A stretch of 64,000 bases of DNA from Octopus sinensis (lineage: Eukaryota): positions 94,860,001 through 94,924,000 of the forward strand of contig NC_043002.1 in NCBI RefSeq assembly GCF_006345805.1, read 5' to 3'. Both the position numbers and the translations under genes were made by a program. Positions within the stretch are counted from its first letter, which is position 1; every line of letters starts with the position of its first letter. Below are positions 1 to 11,497 of the stretch, piece by piece. The notes under the pieces were generated by a model. It was given only the letters and a program-made list of their open reading frames with translations. It did not search any database and had not been told where the DNA came from.

Positions 1-689
1 TCTAACAATATTTTTCTTAAGACAAAGCAAAATATTCTTAGCATTGATAAACAAAATTATTGATAACTTGCCCATTTCAAATTTTGTGGCTTGGGTGGTA
101 CACTTGATCTGTCACTGGTTTAATAGTGTACCTGGCACATTAGGTGCCTTTAATGGAGTTTACTCTGCTGTAAACATTAGACCTATGTTTCTGGTTTCAG
201 GATACCTTCCTTCAAGTCTTGAAGGCTTGTATAGAATCATAGGCATTCTCTCCTAATTAAAACAAAAATGGCCTTAAAGTAGTTTTATTCCTGATAGTTT
301 ATCATTAGACTGCAGTCATACTAGGGTACTGCTTTCAGGGTACTTATTATAGCCAATGGTTAAGTTCTACTAGAATTATGACCTTTTTATGTGTTTTTAT
401 TGGTTTATAGGCTTAAATACTAGCCACTTAACCAATTTATGCTAGTATATGCATGAATACATACATGTATGATGTTTCCGTCTACCAAGTTTCACTCATG
501 AAGCATTGCTCAATCCAAAGCTCTATGAAAAAGACTCTTGACCAAAGTGCTATACAGTGGGATTTGTGCATGGTTCTAAAACGAACTTCCTAATCAAACA
601 TCCATATTATTCATTTTTAGTTTATTGATTTTTTTATATAGGCACAGTTTTAGTCTAGATTATTCTACTGGGGCTTTACTCTCATTCAA

Positions 690-905
690 TACAGCAGCTG
701 TGAGCTGGAAGAGGCCCTGTGGCAAGCCTCACACGAGATGGCTGGACGTGATTGGAGAAAACCTCCATAGGCTTGATGTCACCTTGGAGGATGCAGAAGG
801 GCTGACATTGGACCACCAGTGATGGAGAGCACTGGTGGACCTGGTTGGTTCTACGCATAATGATGTCTCTGGAATTACTAACTTGGAATGATCCCAGCCT
901 CATCA
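690..905 (+). mobile_element. RTE-type LINE 3' fragment
   Basis: Translation WKRPCGKPHTRWLDVI...LEDAEGLTLD..W matches the RTE RT C-terminal 'R.RGRP..RW.D' motif. Confidence 0.6.
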
Positions 906-1129
906 AGCAAGATCATGAAGCCAGCCAAGCCTTTGTGGGTCAACATAAAAGTATTGTAATGGCCTGCCCAGTGTAATGGCTAGTGTCCTGAAGTTTTCAA
1001 CTTTGTTTTACTGTCAAATTTATAAATCATCTGTTTGTTTTTGAGCATACTTGCTTGTGGTGTGTTATGATAAGGTTTTTTGCTGTTTGGTAGTTTTTTG
1101 TATATTAAAATTGAACAACCAGAATAATA

Positions 1130-1590
1130 AAAATTAGACTCCAATTTTAGACATGACATACTGACAAAAAATGTTCCAGATGCACTATGTCAGTGCACAT
1201 CGATAAATCAAAAAAATGCTTATACTTACACAGAGGCAATGAATGCCCACACAACTTTGTGAGTGTTAAAATTACTTCTCTGAAGAGTATTCATCTTGTT
1301 CACAAACAATGCACCAGAGAAAGAAATACATGAAACTAAACAAACATTAAGTGACAATGGATATTCTAAGCTATCAAGGAATACAGATATCAATACAATA
1401 CAACAACTATATCGGAGAATACACCTAAAAGAAATGCACAAACCGTGTATCAGATCTATTACATGAACCAAAACTATCAAACAGATGAACATATAATTAA
1501 ATCTCTCATAAAACACCACAAAATGCATCACACTTGGCCATATTTTTTTACAACTCTCTTGGATTAAAAAAATATGTATTGGCAATCTAA
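1130..1590 (+). mobile_element. Decayed Penelope-like element, RT C-terminal region
   Basis: Manual translation across frameshifts gives LYLHRGNECPHNFVSV and EKEIHETKQTLSDNGYSK, resembling the PLE motifs 'YL..SECP...SVI' and 'EI..IKQIL..NGY'. Confidence 0.5.
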
Positions 1591-3850
1591 TGGGGTGAGA
1601 AGGAGGAGAAGTTATATTTATTAACTATATAACTCTCTCCACATCTTACGAACATTCTGCTTTTGTCTAGTGAAAAGAAATCAGTATTATACTTGGATAA
1701 ATCTTTTAAGTGATTCTTTCTCAATGGTCCATGTCTGAGATTAGAAAGCAATTATTATTAATTTAAAATTCAAGTCCATAAAAATCTGTTTTGAATATCA
1801 AAATATCTTACTTTAAATTCTTTTAAGTTGTCTAACTTTAAACATAGAATAATATTTACATTAATTATTTCTTCTAAACATTTTTTTTCTCAAGAAAAAA
1901 AAAAAAACCAAACAAAATCTATCTTGTATCAAGTAATTCTACTAAATTGACTTTTAACTATCTTTTATGTATAAGCCAAGTTTTTATTTATTTTTATTAA
2001 CTAGCAAACTGTTGATGTAACTAAGTTAGTAAATAGTTTTAGTTATTAACTGTTATGTTAGTGAGATAGTTAACAATTGGTCTGTGTGTTTAATACGAGT
2101 GTTTCTCAAAAACCAATTTCTTTTTCACTTTTTTTTCTGAAAGTATCAAGATATTTCTTTATGCTAAATATTTCAATTCAGATAATTTCCAAACAGACCT
2201 GTGTTCTTCACATACACTATAGTGTAAATTATTAAGTTTTTCTTTAGTTTTCTATACACTAGATTCTTTTCATGTATACATTCTATTTAATGTGTCTAAT
2301 ACAAGCAAAAAAGAAAAAAAATTATAATTAAAAACGTATTTATCTATGTAAAATATGTTATTTTGTAACTTGCAAGTAAAAAAAATCCATTGAAAGAAAA
2401 AAACTTTATTTCCTACTTTTTAAACTCATTAAGATTTGTCTGTTCTTAAATGAAATACAGTCCTCCACTCCATTTTCTTTTAATGTCAAAATAGAACTTT
2501 AAATAACCATAAAGAAAATAAATTATTTTGGCTTGTATTGTATATGTAAAAAGGTTTCCTATAAATAAAAAAAAATTGATAATTTTTGTTTTTTGTAAAT
2601 ATTTTGAACAAAAATGTATCTGAGAAAACTGTTTGACATTTTACCTTTTATCTTGCCAATGCTATAAAAACATTTCTATATGCCTTGAAAGTTTGAAGTG
2701 CAAAAAAGGGGGAAAAAAAAAATCTAAAAACTTGTTACAAGGAAACTATTCTTATGGATAAAATGAAGAAAATTTAAACGATAAAAAAATTGAAAGAAAA
2801 TGAAAATATATGAAATATTGTTGCTAAAACTGCCTTTTATTTCACAATTATTTTCTTATTTGATCTGTTAATGTTTATGACCTCAAAGGTTGTTTTTATA
2901 GAACAGTGATCATACTGATGTTTTAATATTATTCAATAAAGAGATCAACAGTATAATTTTTATGTGATAAAAACTGGCTTTGAATATTAAACCATAAAGG
3001 TTTTGCTGCTTTTAATGTATTATCACATGTAGAAAAAGAAAAAGCTTATTAGAAATCACTAACAACTGTAAAATATGTAGACAACAATACAAATAGTTAG
3101 TGGTAATCGTTTATAATTGCCAAAGAAAAAGGGAAAGATAATTTAAAGTTATTAAGAATTAATTTTACAAAAGAAAAAAAAAATTCATGTTTTGGAGGAA
3201 AAACTGACATTTAACAACAGGCATGGTGACAACTATTTATGAACATGTTTTTGTATTATTAAGCATCATCAGTGAGTCAGTTTCCTCAAGGCTGCTTTGA
3301 TCCTCGCTGGACAATGATTATTATACTACTGTTTCGCTGATGAGGTCTAATAAGTTTGAAACACATCCTGAGTTGTTACCATATTGTTTTAAGTCAGACC
3401 CACTTTTTATTGCAATCTTTTTTTCATTCAAATTCCAGAGCTGTTACTACCCTGCTCCACCTGACTAGAATTAGCCATTAAAGTAATAATTTTTTCTTCT
3501 CTATACAGTTGTAAATTTAATTAAAATCTCGAGGTTGAATGCATAATGCCTGTGTTCAGATTTTATACTTTGGTTATTTTGAAACTGGAGCTTTGCATAT
3601 GAAGCTATGAATCTGTTGTCTTTATTACAATTATTGTTTCTTTGCCTCACTTTTGTGATTGTAGATATTGAATAGTATCTGAGTAAGTAAGCATCTGACT
3701 TTTGTTAATGTCTTTCCAACTATGAAACCACTGATATGCCTAATTGACTAATTTAAGGGCTAATAAACTAAATGCAGTTATAGCTTGGTTAAAACTAAAA
3801 TTATTACAGAGTATTGTAATTTACTTAAAGTATTGCAATACATGTACATG

Positions 3851-4262
3851 GGATCTTTTAGGTTAGAACGGCAGTTTTTATCATAATTTCTAGGTAACTA
3901 AAAAATTTTAAACTTCGTATACTGGTAGAATGTGTTTATAAAACATCTTTTTCTCTTGGCTTTATTGAGAAAATTCTATAGTTTGTAAGATATTTGTTGT
4001 TTTTTTCTTCAATTTCTGCAATTTCAACCAATCACTGACATCTATTGAGGTAAAAAAAAATTCTGTGCCATATGAATATGTCCCTCGTTTAAGAAACAGA
4101 TTGGGTTTATTTACATTTGTGAAGAAAAAAAAAATACCCTTCCCCCTAACCCTAACCCTAAAACAGATTGAAATGCAATAGATCGATACTAGGGTCATAA
4201 TTACAGATGACAATTTCATATGACACCACTAGAAAAAACTGCCGTTCAAACCGAAAAGATCC
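3851..4262. mobile_element. MITE copy 1 (about 28-bp TIRs, 8-bp TSD)
   Basis: Termini GGATCTTTTAGGTTAGAACGGCAGTTTTT and AAAAACTGCCGTTCAAACCGAAAAGATCC; TGTACATG duplicated at 3843-3850 and 4263-4270; second copy at 36744. Confidence 0.9.
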
Positions 4263-4373
4263 TGTACATGAAATAAATGTTCGCAAAAACTTTTGAGCGA
4301 TGCAGGAGAGAAATGAAGCAGAATATGTAAGGCTATGCCAATGATTGAAAATAATGAGAAAAAATATTTTATT

Positions 4374-4742
4374 CATCATCATCATCATCGTTTAACATCC
4401 GCTTTCCATGCTAGCATGGGTTGGACGATTTGACTGAGGTCTGGAAAACCAGATGGCTGCACCAGACTCCAATCTGATCTGGCAGAATTTTTACAGCTGG
4501 ATGCCCTTCCTAACGCCAACCAGTGTAGTGGGTGCTTTTATGTGCCACCAGCACGAGGGCCAGTCAGGCGGTACTAGCAACGGCCATGCTCAAATGGTGC
4601 TTTTTGTGTGTCACCTGCACAGGAGCCAGTCCAGCAGCACTAGCAACAACCACGCTTGAATGTTTTTTCACATGCCACCAGCACAAGTACCAGTAAGCCG
4701 ACACAGGTAATGATCACGCTCTAATGGTACTTTTTACATGCC
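4374..4742 (-). mobile_element. Short repeat family B (RTE-3'-end-derived, (GAT)n tail)
   Basis: (CAT)n followed by CGTTTAACATCCGCTTTCCATGCTAGCATGGGTTGGAC, with GTGCTTTTTATGTGCCACC subrepeats; many copies in the window. Confidence 0.8.
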
Positions 4743-4829
4743 TAATAACTTTAAAATATTTTTGGGGCAAAAATTTCCTTTTTCAAATAAAAGTAAAATA
4801 TTTATTGTTATCAGCAAGCCATTCTAGTG

Positions 4830-5700
4830 CAGTGTAATGAATGGCAATGCTTGAATTACTGTATAAGTAGTTATGATTGGTTGCATTTGGTAGTATCAGT
4901 AGTAGCAGGTAGCTTGGTGTGTCTACAGTAGGTGACATAACATAACTAATTAGTACAAATGTATAAAGTGGTGGTGGGACAGATTGCTGAACTTCAAGGT
5001 AAGGTTAGTCCATATATAAGATATTTTGAGAATAGCAGGGCAGGTTTATTGAGCTGTAGGTGTGGTAAAATTTGTGATGTGGTAAAAGAAAAGGCTACAT
5101 GTGAAAGATAATTAAATAGAATAGTGCTGTTCAAGTCAGTTCTGTTGTTGATTTCCAGTTTGTTGTTTGGTAAGAATAGCTTTTTGATTCTCAGCCACTA
5201 ATACTCTGGTTAGTAACTGTGATATATATTACCACTTAATAATTGTAGCATTCATTGAGATGTTTTGAACTAAGAAAGTATGTATTTGTAGGTGTTCCTT
5301 AATTCTAGTGTAGTTTTATGGTACACTACATATGCATGCAGACATGTTTGTGTTGTGGATAGAGTAGTTTGTTATCATGCATATGTTGGTTTGTTTTTTT
5401 TTTTTTTTTGCAAGGATTTCAATGATGTAAAGAGTCAGATAGAGCTGGATAAATGTCTACCCCTTTTCTGCAAATGGCTTTATGAATTTTAGTGGTAGTA
5501 GTTTCTCTAGGATGTAGTAGTTTAGAGATATTCTTGTGGTGGTTGTTTCTATTTTACATTAGGCTTAGGTGAAAGATGTAGGGCATTCATTAAGTTCCAG
5601 AATATTTTGAAAATGTGTAGTTTAAGTGACTTGCTCAATGATTTTGCTATATCCGTTATGAATGCAAGCATTTTGAATGTAGTTGTGCATGGTACTGTGG
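4830..5700 (-). mobile_element. Highly decayed Penelope-like element (RT end plus GIY-YIG)
   Basis: Minus-strand fragments VVYHKTT, LRIKKLF and ..PC....SYIWTNLTLK fall in the order expected for a PLE; many stops and frameshifts. Confidence 0.35.
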
Positions 5701-5824
5701 AGGGAGGGATAATTTAAAGAGCATACAGAAATCTTTGCAGGCCTTAGGTAAAGGTATAGTTTTGTTTTATATGCATCATATATATATATATAGGCACAGG
5801 AGAGGCTCTGTGGTAAGTAGATAT

Positions 5825-5985
5825 AGGCACAGGAGTGGCTCTGTGGTAAGTAGCTTGCTTACAAACCACATGGTTCCGGGTTCAGTCCCACTGTGTGGGA
5901 CCTTAGGCAAGTGTCTTCTACTATAGCCTCAGGCTGACCAAAGCCTTGTGAGTGGATTTGGTAGACGGAAACTGAAAGAAGCCTG

Positions 5986-6033
<48 letters not shown>

Positions 6034-6246
6034 TTGTGTGTCTGTGTTTGTCTCCCCAACATTGCTTGATGACCGATGCTGATGTGTTTACATCCCTGTA
6101 ACTTAGCGGTTCGGGAAAAGAGACCAATAGAATAAGTACTAGGCTTACAAAGAATAAGTCCTGGGGCCGATTTGCTCGACTAAAGGTGGTGCTCCAGCAT
6201 AGCCACAGTCAAATGACTGAAACAAGTAAAAGAGTAGAGTAAAGAG
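5825..6246 (+). mobile_element. tRNA-derived SINE family A, full length
   Basis: A/B-box-like head (GTGGCTCTGTGGTAAG...GGTTCAGTCCC), internal (TA)n/(TG)n, tail CAGTCAAATGACTGAAACAAGTAAAAGAG; the first ~33 bp are tandemly duplicated at 5790-5822. Confidence 0.9.
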
Positions 6247-6277
6247 AAAGTATATATATATGTATATATATATATAT

Positions 6278-6349
6278 ATATCCCTAGGAATTGATGGAGT
6301 CACTGCTATAATCAGTTATAGCAACGACTCCATCAATTCCTAGGGATAT
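6278..6349. repeat. 34-bp-arm hairpin with 4-nt loop
   Basis: ATATCCCTAGGAATTGATGGAGTCACTGCTATAA tcag TTATAGCAACGACTCCATCAATTCCTAGGGATAT; 2 mismatches. Confidence 0.95.
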
Positions 6350-6384
6350 CTGAAGAAGGAATTTTTATTCCAAAATATCATATC
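6345..6384 (+). ncRNA. Minimal type I hammerhead ribozyme, core mutated
   Basis: GAUAU-CUGAAGA-A-GGAAU uuuu AUUCC-aAAA-UAUC|AUAUC; stems I and II pair perfectly; GAAA reads AAAA. Confidence 0.55.
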
Positions 6385-6496
6385 AGACTATGGATGACTA
6401 AATTACAACAGTTCTTATAGTGCATTGTTGTGTCACTTAAAATATTTTCTTCTTTACAAACAATACACAATGCTTCAAGTTAACTACTATACTCTC

Positions 6497-6524
<28 letters not shown>

Positions 6525-6528
<4 letters not shown>

Positions 6529-6760
6529 GGAGAATTCACAAAAAAAAAACCAAAAGACAAAGACAGGTGGTGTAGACAACAAATAGATGTATTTGTATAA
6601 TGCACGGGAAGTGAAAAAGTCTTTAACGTTTCAAGCCTACGCTCTTCCATAGAAAGCTAGTGGCTAACGATCTGTCATGGTGAAGGCCGGACAGAAGGGT
6701 CACACAGGAGAACTAGGGAGAAGGGGAGATAACAAAGTGGTGATGATCCCAAAACGAAGG
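6525..6760 (-). mobile_element. Penelope-like terminal repeat fragment with hammerhead-like motif
   Basis: Minus strand 6656-6621 reads CUUU-CUAUGGAAGA-GC guag GCU-U-GAAAC-GUU|AAAG, followed by a pyrimidine-rich tail. Confidence 0.45.
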
Positions 6761-7334
6761 TGCGCATGTGTGTGCATAAGAGAGTTGTATGTGTGTGTGG
6801 AAGACATATATATATATATTGTTCTCTTTAGTGTAGGTATGATCTAATTTTCTTTAATATTGCTTGACAAAATAATGAAATTTCAGTGGGTATCTGCTCA
6901 TAAGTTTTTTTGACAGAATAATTGATTCTGTTTGTCTCAGTCTACTTGTTTGTGAGAAAGATGTCCCAAATCTTATTAGAATGTTACCACTTCAGCAAGA
7001 GATTGAGCTGTCATATGTTGAATATTATTGTATCTAGAGCTAAACACTGGATTAATGATATTTGCTGGTTTGTCAAGAAACCCATTTATCAACATTGACT
7101 TAAACAACTATTATGTTAATAGTCAAATGAGAAGAGATAAACTTCTGCATTCTTCAAAGATCTTGTATACCAGTAGAAACTTCTGCTGGTTTACATCTTC
7201 ACATATTCTTACTATATGTATACAAACAACAACTAGACATAAACACATTAGGGATTCCATTCCATCATTTTTATAATTTTACATGCTGTATTTTACAGCA
7301 TATGACTTGATGTAGTATATAGTGTAAGTTATTT

Positions 7335-7420
7335 TTCCAAATCCTGCTGCATTTTACCTGGAAAAATCCACCTAAAGCTATTGAAATGCTACAAGAAATG
7401 TTCAGAAATTAAGTAAGAAC
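7335..7420 (+). mobile_element. Possible mariner transposase N-terminal relic
   Basis: Frameshifted CCILPGK / KAIEMLQEMF resembles mariner 'FC.KLGK...E..EMLQ..FG'; very short. Confidence 0.25.
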
Positions 7421-7436
7421 TGGTTTATTTTGTAGT

Positions 7437-7662
7437 ATCATCATCATCGTCATCATCGTCGTTTAGCGTCCGTTTTCCATGCTAGCATGGGTTGGACGGT
7501 TCTACTGGGGTCTGTGAAGCCAGAAGGCTTCATCAGGCCCAGTCAAATCTGGCAGTGTTTCTACGGCTGGATGCCCTTCCTAACGCCAACCACTCCGTGA
7601 GTGTAGTGGGTGCTTTTTACGTGCCACCCGCACAGGTGCCAGACAGAGCTGGCAAACGGCCA
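7437..7662 (-). mobile_element. Repeat family B copy
   Basis: Near-identical to the copies at 48073 and 51627. Confidence 0.85.
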
Positions 7663-8180
7663 GTATATAGTTAAATATTTTTGCACCTCTGTACTCAATA
7701 TGTCTAGTCAATTATAATTGCTTTCATTTTCTACAATAGTTATATTTTAAATTCTCAACCATAAAGGCTGTGTGAAAATTATGAATCATTAATAATACAC
7801 AAAACACTAAGATTATTATATAAAATAGTCATCATACATTTATCTTGTTGGTTTTTATTGGTCTGAAATGTATACTAGACAAGTTTTAGTAAAGGTAAAT
7901 TGTGTCATATTCATATCTTATTGAAATGTCAAACTGGTGTAATAAAGAATTATACAACTTAGGGATGACGTGTCGCAAAATCAACAGAAACAACTGAACA
8001 CTGGAACTACAAAGTTTTATTAGCTTGATACTGGAATTAAGAAAGAAGGAACGTCTTCGAATGTCTTAATATTTTGAACTGTTAGCACTTCATTGAATAA
8101 AACAAGAAAAGATTAGGGAAAAAGGGAAAAAGTTCTATGAATGAAGTTCATAAACACTTAATATGCAATCCTGCTTAATA

Positions 8181-8567
8181 GGCGCTGGAGTGGCTGTGTG
8201 GTAAGTAGCTTGCTTACTAACTACATGGTTCTGGGTTCAGTCCCACTGCATGGCACCTTGGGCAAGGGTCTTCTACTATAGCCTTGGGCCGACCAAAGCC
8301 TTGTGAGTGGATTTGGTAGACGGAAACTGAAAGAAGCCCGTCGTATATATATATGTGTGTGTGTATGTTTGTGTATCTGTTTGTCCCCCCAGAATTGCTT
8401 GACAACCAATGCTGGTGTGTTTACGTCCCCGTAACTTAGTGGTTTGGCAAAGGGACCGATAGAATAAGTACTAGGCTTACAAAGAATAAGTCCTGGGGGT
8501 GATTTGTTCGACTAAAGGCAGTGCACCAGCATGGCTGCAGTCAGATGACTGAAACAAGTAAAAGAGT
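8181..8567 (+). mobile_element. SINE family A, full length
   Basis: Colinear with the 5825 copy. Confidence 0.9.
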
Positions 8568-8879
8568 AATCATATTATGGAGTGAATGGTGGAATGCAAG
8601 AATACAGGAATGGAGAAAGAGTTGAGCAGCTAAGAGTGTAATAGTAAAGGAAGATGATAGGTGAGTGTGGTGTGTCTATGTGTGAGAGAGAGAGAGAGAT
8701 ACTGTGTTTTTGTTGTGTGTATCATGTATTGCAGGTGGTTTATCTGTTGAGTTGATCTGTTATGTAATATGAATTGTTGCTAACAAATATTGGAGACCAC
8801 ATTGTAAAAGGACACCATAAAGAGAGAGAGAGAGAGAAAGAGGTACTGGAATGTATGGCTAGGTGAGCAGAAACGGTAG

Positions 8880-9425
8880 ATAATTGACAATTCAGTGTTG
8901 TTTAGTGCATTATAGGCCTTTTAGGCGGCGAGCTGGCAGACACGTTAGCGCGCCGGGCGAAATGCTTAGCGGTATTTCGTCTGTCGTTACGTTGTGTGTT
9001 CAAATTCCGCCGGGGTCGACTTTGCCTTTCATCCTTTCGGGGTCAATAAATAAAGTACCAGTTTCGCACTGGGGTCGATGTAATTGACTTAATCCCTTTG
9101 TCTGTCCTTGTTTGTCCCCTCTATGTTTAGCCCCTTGTGGGCAATAAAGAAATATATAGGCCTTTTAATACCAACATAGGAGGTTCCTGGTGGTGTAGGT
9201 AAACTGTTCTGTAGTGTAGAGGGAGGAGTGGTTAGATTCGATTTGGATGATAGTGTTTAGGATGAATGGACAAATAGGCCAGCAACAACAGGAACAGGTA
9301 AGGGATCCAGGTTTGATGTATGTGACGTAAAGGTGCTGCAGGCCAATAAATCACACTTTGTGGATGCTTTTAAAGGAGGGGAGGAGTTGATTGTAAACCA
9401 GAGGGAAATATTGAGGTCAGATTTC
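8880..9425 (-). mobile_element. Penelope-like (Neptune-type) Cys-linker/GIY-YIG fragment, interrupted by a SINE
   Basis: Minus strand gives KPGSLTCSCCCWPICPFILNTIIQIESNHSSLYTTEQFTYTTRNLL, matching the PLE pattern 'PG..PC...RC..CPFI...FTC.S.NLIY'. Confidence 0.55.
8924..9154 (+). mobile_element. Young tRNA-derived Nin-domain SINE with 13-bp TSD
   Basis: CpG-rich head; GTCGACTTTGCCTTTCATCCTTTCGGGGTCAATAAATAAAGTACCAG core; TATAGGCCTTTTA duplicated at 8911-8923 and 9155-9167. Confidence 0.9.
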
Positions 9426-9540
9426 ATGTTTCATTAAGCACACAACCACTACTTGCAATGCATGCATGTAATATACTAATATGTACCTCTTCACACCTAT
9501 ATAAACACCTTACATATAAATAAACACTATATATATATAT

Positions 9541-9817
9541 ATCACCATGACCGACCAGGCTATCAGATGTTGCTACACATCGCTGGTCACAATGCGCTTT
9601 GCATTGTTTTGGTCTTCAAATGACGCCACCCTGCTGGTTAAGCGAGCAGGCCAACAGAAGAAAGAGTGAGAGAAAGTTGTACAGCAGGGATCGCCACCAC
9701 CCCCTGCCGGAGCCTTGTGGAGCTTTGGGTGTTTTTGCTCAATAAACACTCACAACGCCCTGTCGGGGAATCGAAACCGTGAGTCCGCTGCCCTAACCAC
9801 TGGGCCATTGCACCTCC
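9541..9817 (-). mobile_element. tRNA-derived SINE family C
   Basis: Reverse complement of the head GGAGG.GCAATGGCCCAGTGGTTAGGGCAG.GGACTC seen at 42677. Confidence 0.8.
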
Positions 9818-9959
9818 ATATATATATATATAATATCACTTCAATCACCTTGATAAGCCAGACTGTCAGATGTTGCTTCGAATCAGTTGGCCACAACATT
9901 TATTCTGTTCTGTTCTTGATCTTGCCCCCCTTCACCAGTGTAGTTTCATTATTCTCTTT

Positions 9960-10395
9960 ATATCATCAATCTGGCTGAGTGGAGGCCTTCTGAGTAGTTG
10001 TTTCTGCTTACACAGGGACCCCTTGACAACTGCATGGGCCCACTGATCATCGGTGTGCTGTGCAACATGTCTGGCCCATCTGAGTTTGTTCAGACGGTAA
10101 TCAGTGATCATGTCCTTGACTGTGATTCTTTGCTTGATCTGTTTGTTTCAGATATAATCTCTCAAAAAGATTTCCAGCATTAACCTTTCCATTGTTCTTT
10201 ATGTTGTTATTAACCACTGTTCTTCCCTCTTCATTGTCATCCATGTTTCACTTGCATAGAGTATTGCTTGTAGAACTGTGCTGTTGAAGAGGTTTGTGCA
10301 AGTGGCTTCATCTAGGTTCACTTCCAGCACATCCTTCACTGAGTTGAATACTCTCCAGCCTGATCTTATTCTCCATGAAATCTCATTCACGGTTG
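9960..10395 (-). mobile_element. RTE-type LINE RT C-terminal fragment
   Basis: EISWRIRSGWRVFNSVKDVL...NLFNSTVLQAILYASETW, continuing to a WAGHV-like motif. Confidence 0.8.
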
Positions 10396-10471
10396 ATTGG
10401 CAATCTGATGTTGCTTAGTGAAGCATCATGCCTTCATGTAGTAAAATAACGAAATTTTATAGTTATGTATA

Positions 10472-10603
10472 TCCTCTGATGAGGCCTTTGGTTATTTAAA
10501 CAGACAAATATAATCTTTAATGCCTAGGACTATATTAAAATGGCATCTACAGGCAAATTAAGTTGGATTGTCTCTTGACCATAGGCTGAAACAGCTGTAA
10601 GGA
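10472..10603 (+). ncRNA. Type I hammerhead ribozyme, intact core, long stem II insertion
   Basis: UCCU-CUGAUGA-GGCCUUUGGUU...GACCAUAGGCU-GAAA-CAGCUGUA|AGGA; stem I 4 bp, stem II 10 of 11 paired, palindromic stem III ACAGCUGU, GUA cleavage triplet. Confidence 0.8.
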
Positions 10604-10792
10604 GCAGTTTATTTGTATTATTTTTACTTTATTATTAATTTGTATATTGTTTTGTTCGATTTCCATGTTCATATTTGTATAATTAATAAATAATCTGAAA
10701 CTGTAATATCCATAAGTTGATGATCGAAATGAATTTGTTCCTCCATTTTCTTATTTGTATTATAAATATATATATATATCTATATATATATT

Positions 10793-10975
10793 GGTGGCAC
10801 GTAAAAGCACCCACTACACTCTCGGAGTGGTTGGCGTTAGGAAGGGCATCCAGCTGTAGAAACTCTGCCAGATCAAGATTGGAGCCTGGTGCAGCCATCT
10901 GGTTCACCAGTCTTCAGTCAAAAAGTCCAGCCCATGCTAGCATGGAAAGCGGATGTTAAACGATGATGATGATGA
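10793..10975 (+). mobile_element. Repeat family B, 3' part
   Basis: GGTGGCACGTAAAAGCACCC...CCCATGCTAGCATGGAAAGCGGATGTTAAAC(GAT)n. Confidence 0.85.
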
Positions 10976-11020
10976 TATATATATCATCATCATCATCATC
11001 ATCATATATATATATATATA

Positions 11021-11403
11021 TCTTTATATATAAAAGTGAAGTTGTGTGTCTGTCTCCTACGATTTAGATTCCTAACTACTCCCACATTTTGCGGTGCAGT
11101 GTAACCAAAAGTGGGTATTTTATAGTTGTGATTCATATCGAGCCCTTCTGGGTATTAGCGCGCATCTATGATGAGTCTATGATTTAAAAAAAAATTTACC
11201 ATCATTTTTTCCCCATTTTTAATGCATTTTTTTGCTATTATATAAGGGAAGTAACACTCTAAAAATGTATTATTAAATCTCAGAACGTAAAAAGCTACAG
11301 TAACACCCCCTTTGTGGTTAGCCATATTGAGATGGCTATTATACTTTACATCTCTAAAAATGCTTATATAGTTATTTCCCTTACAAACCCGAGCAACGCC
11401 AGT
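11021..11403 (+). mobile_element. Non-autonomous Helitron-like element, 3' hairpin partly deleted
   Basis: Starts A|TCTTTATATATAAAAG and ends CCCGAGCAACGCC-AGT, typical Helitron termini. Confidence 0.65.
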
Positions 11404-11497
11404 ATATATATAAGTCCATTAGTGTTCAGTAGATATATATAAGTCCATTAGTATATATATAAGTCCATTAGTATATATATAAGTCCATTAGTGTTCA
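11401..11497. repeat. About 20-bp tandem repeat AGTATATATATAAGTCCATT x4
   Basis: Direct reading. Confidence 0.9.

Noticed and set aside
1226-1585. 119-aa hydrophobic minus-strand ORF
   Set aside because: Antisense to a decayed Penelope-like RT fragment.
4144-4161. Telomeric repeat
   Set aside because: Only three units, and internal to a MITE.
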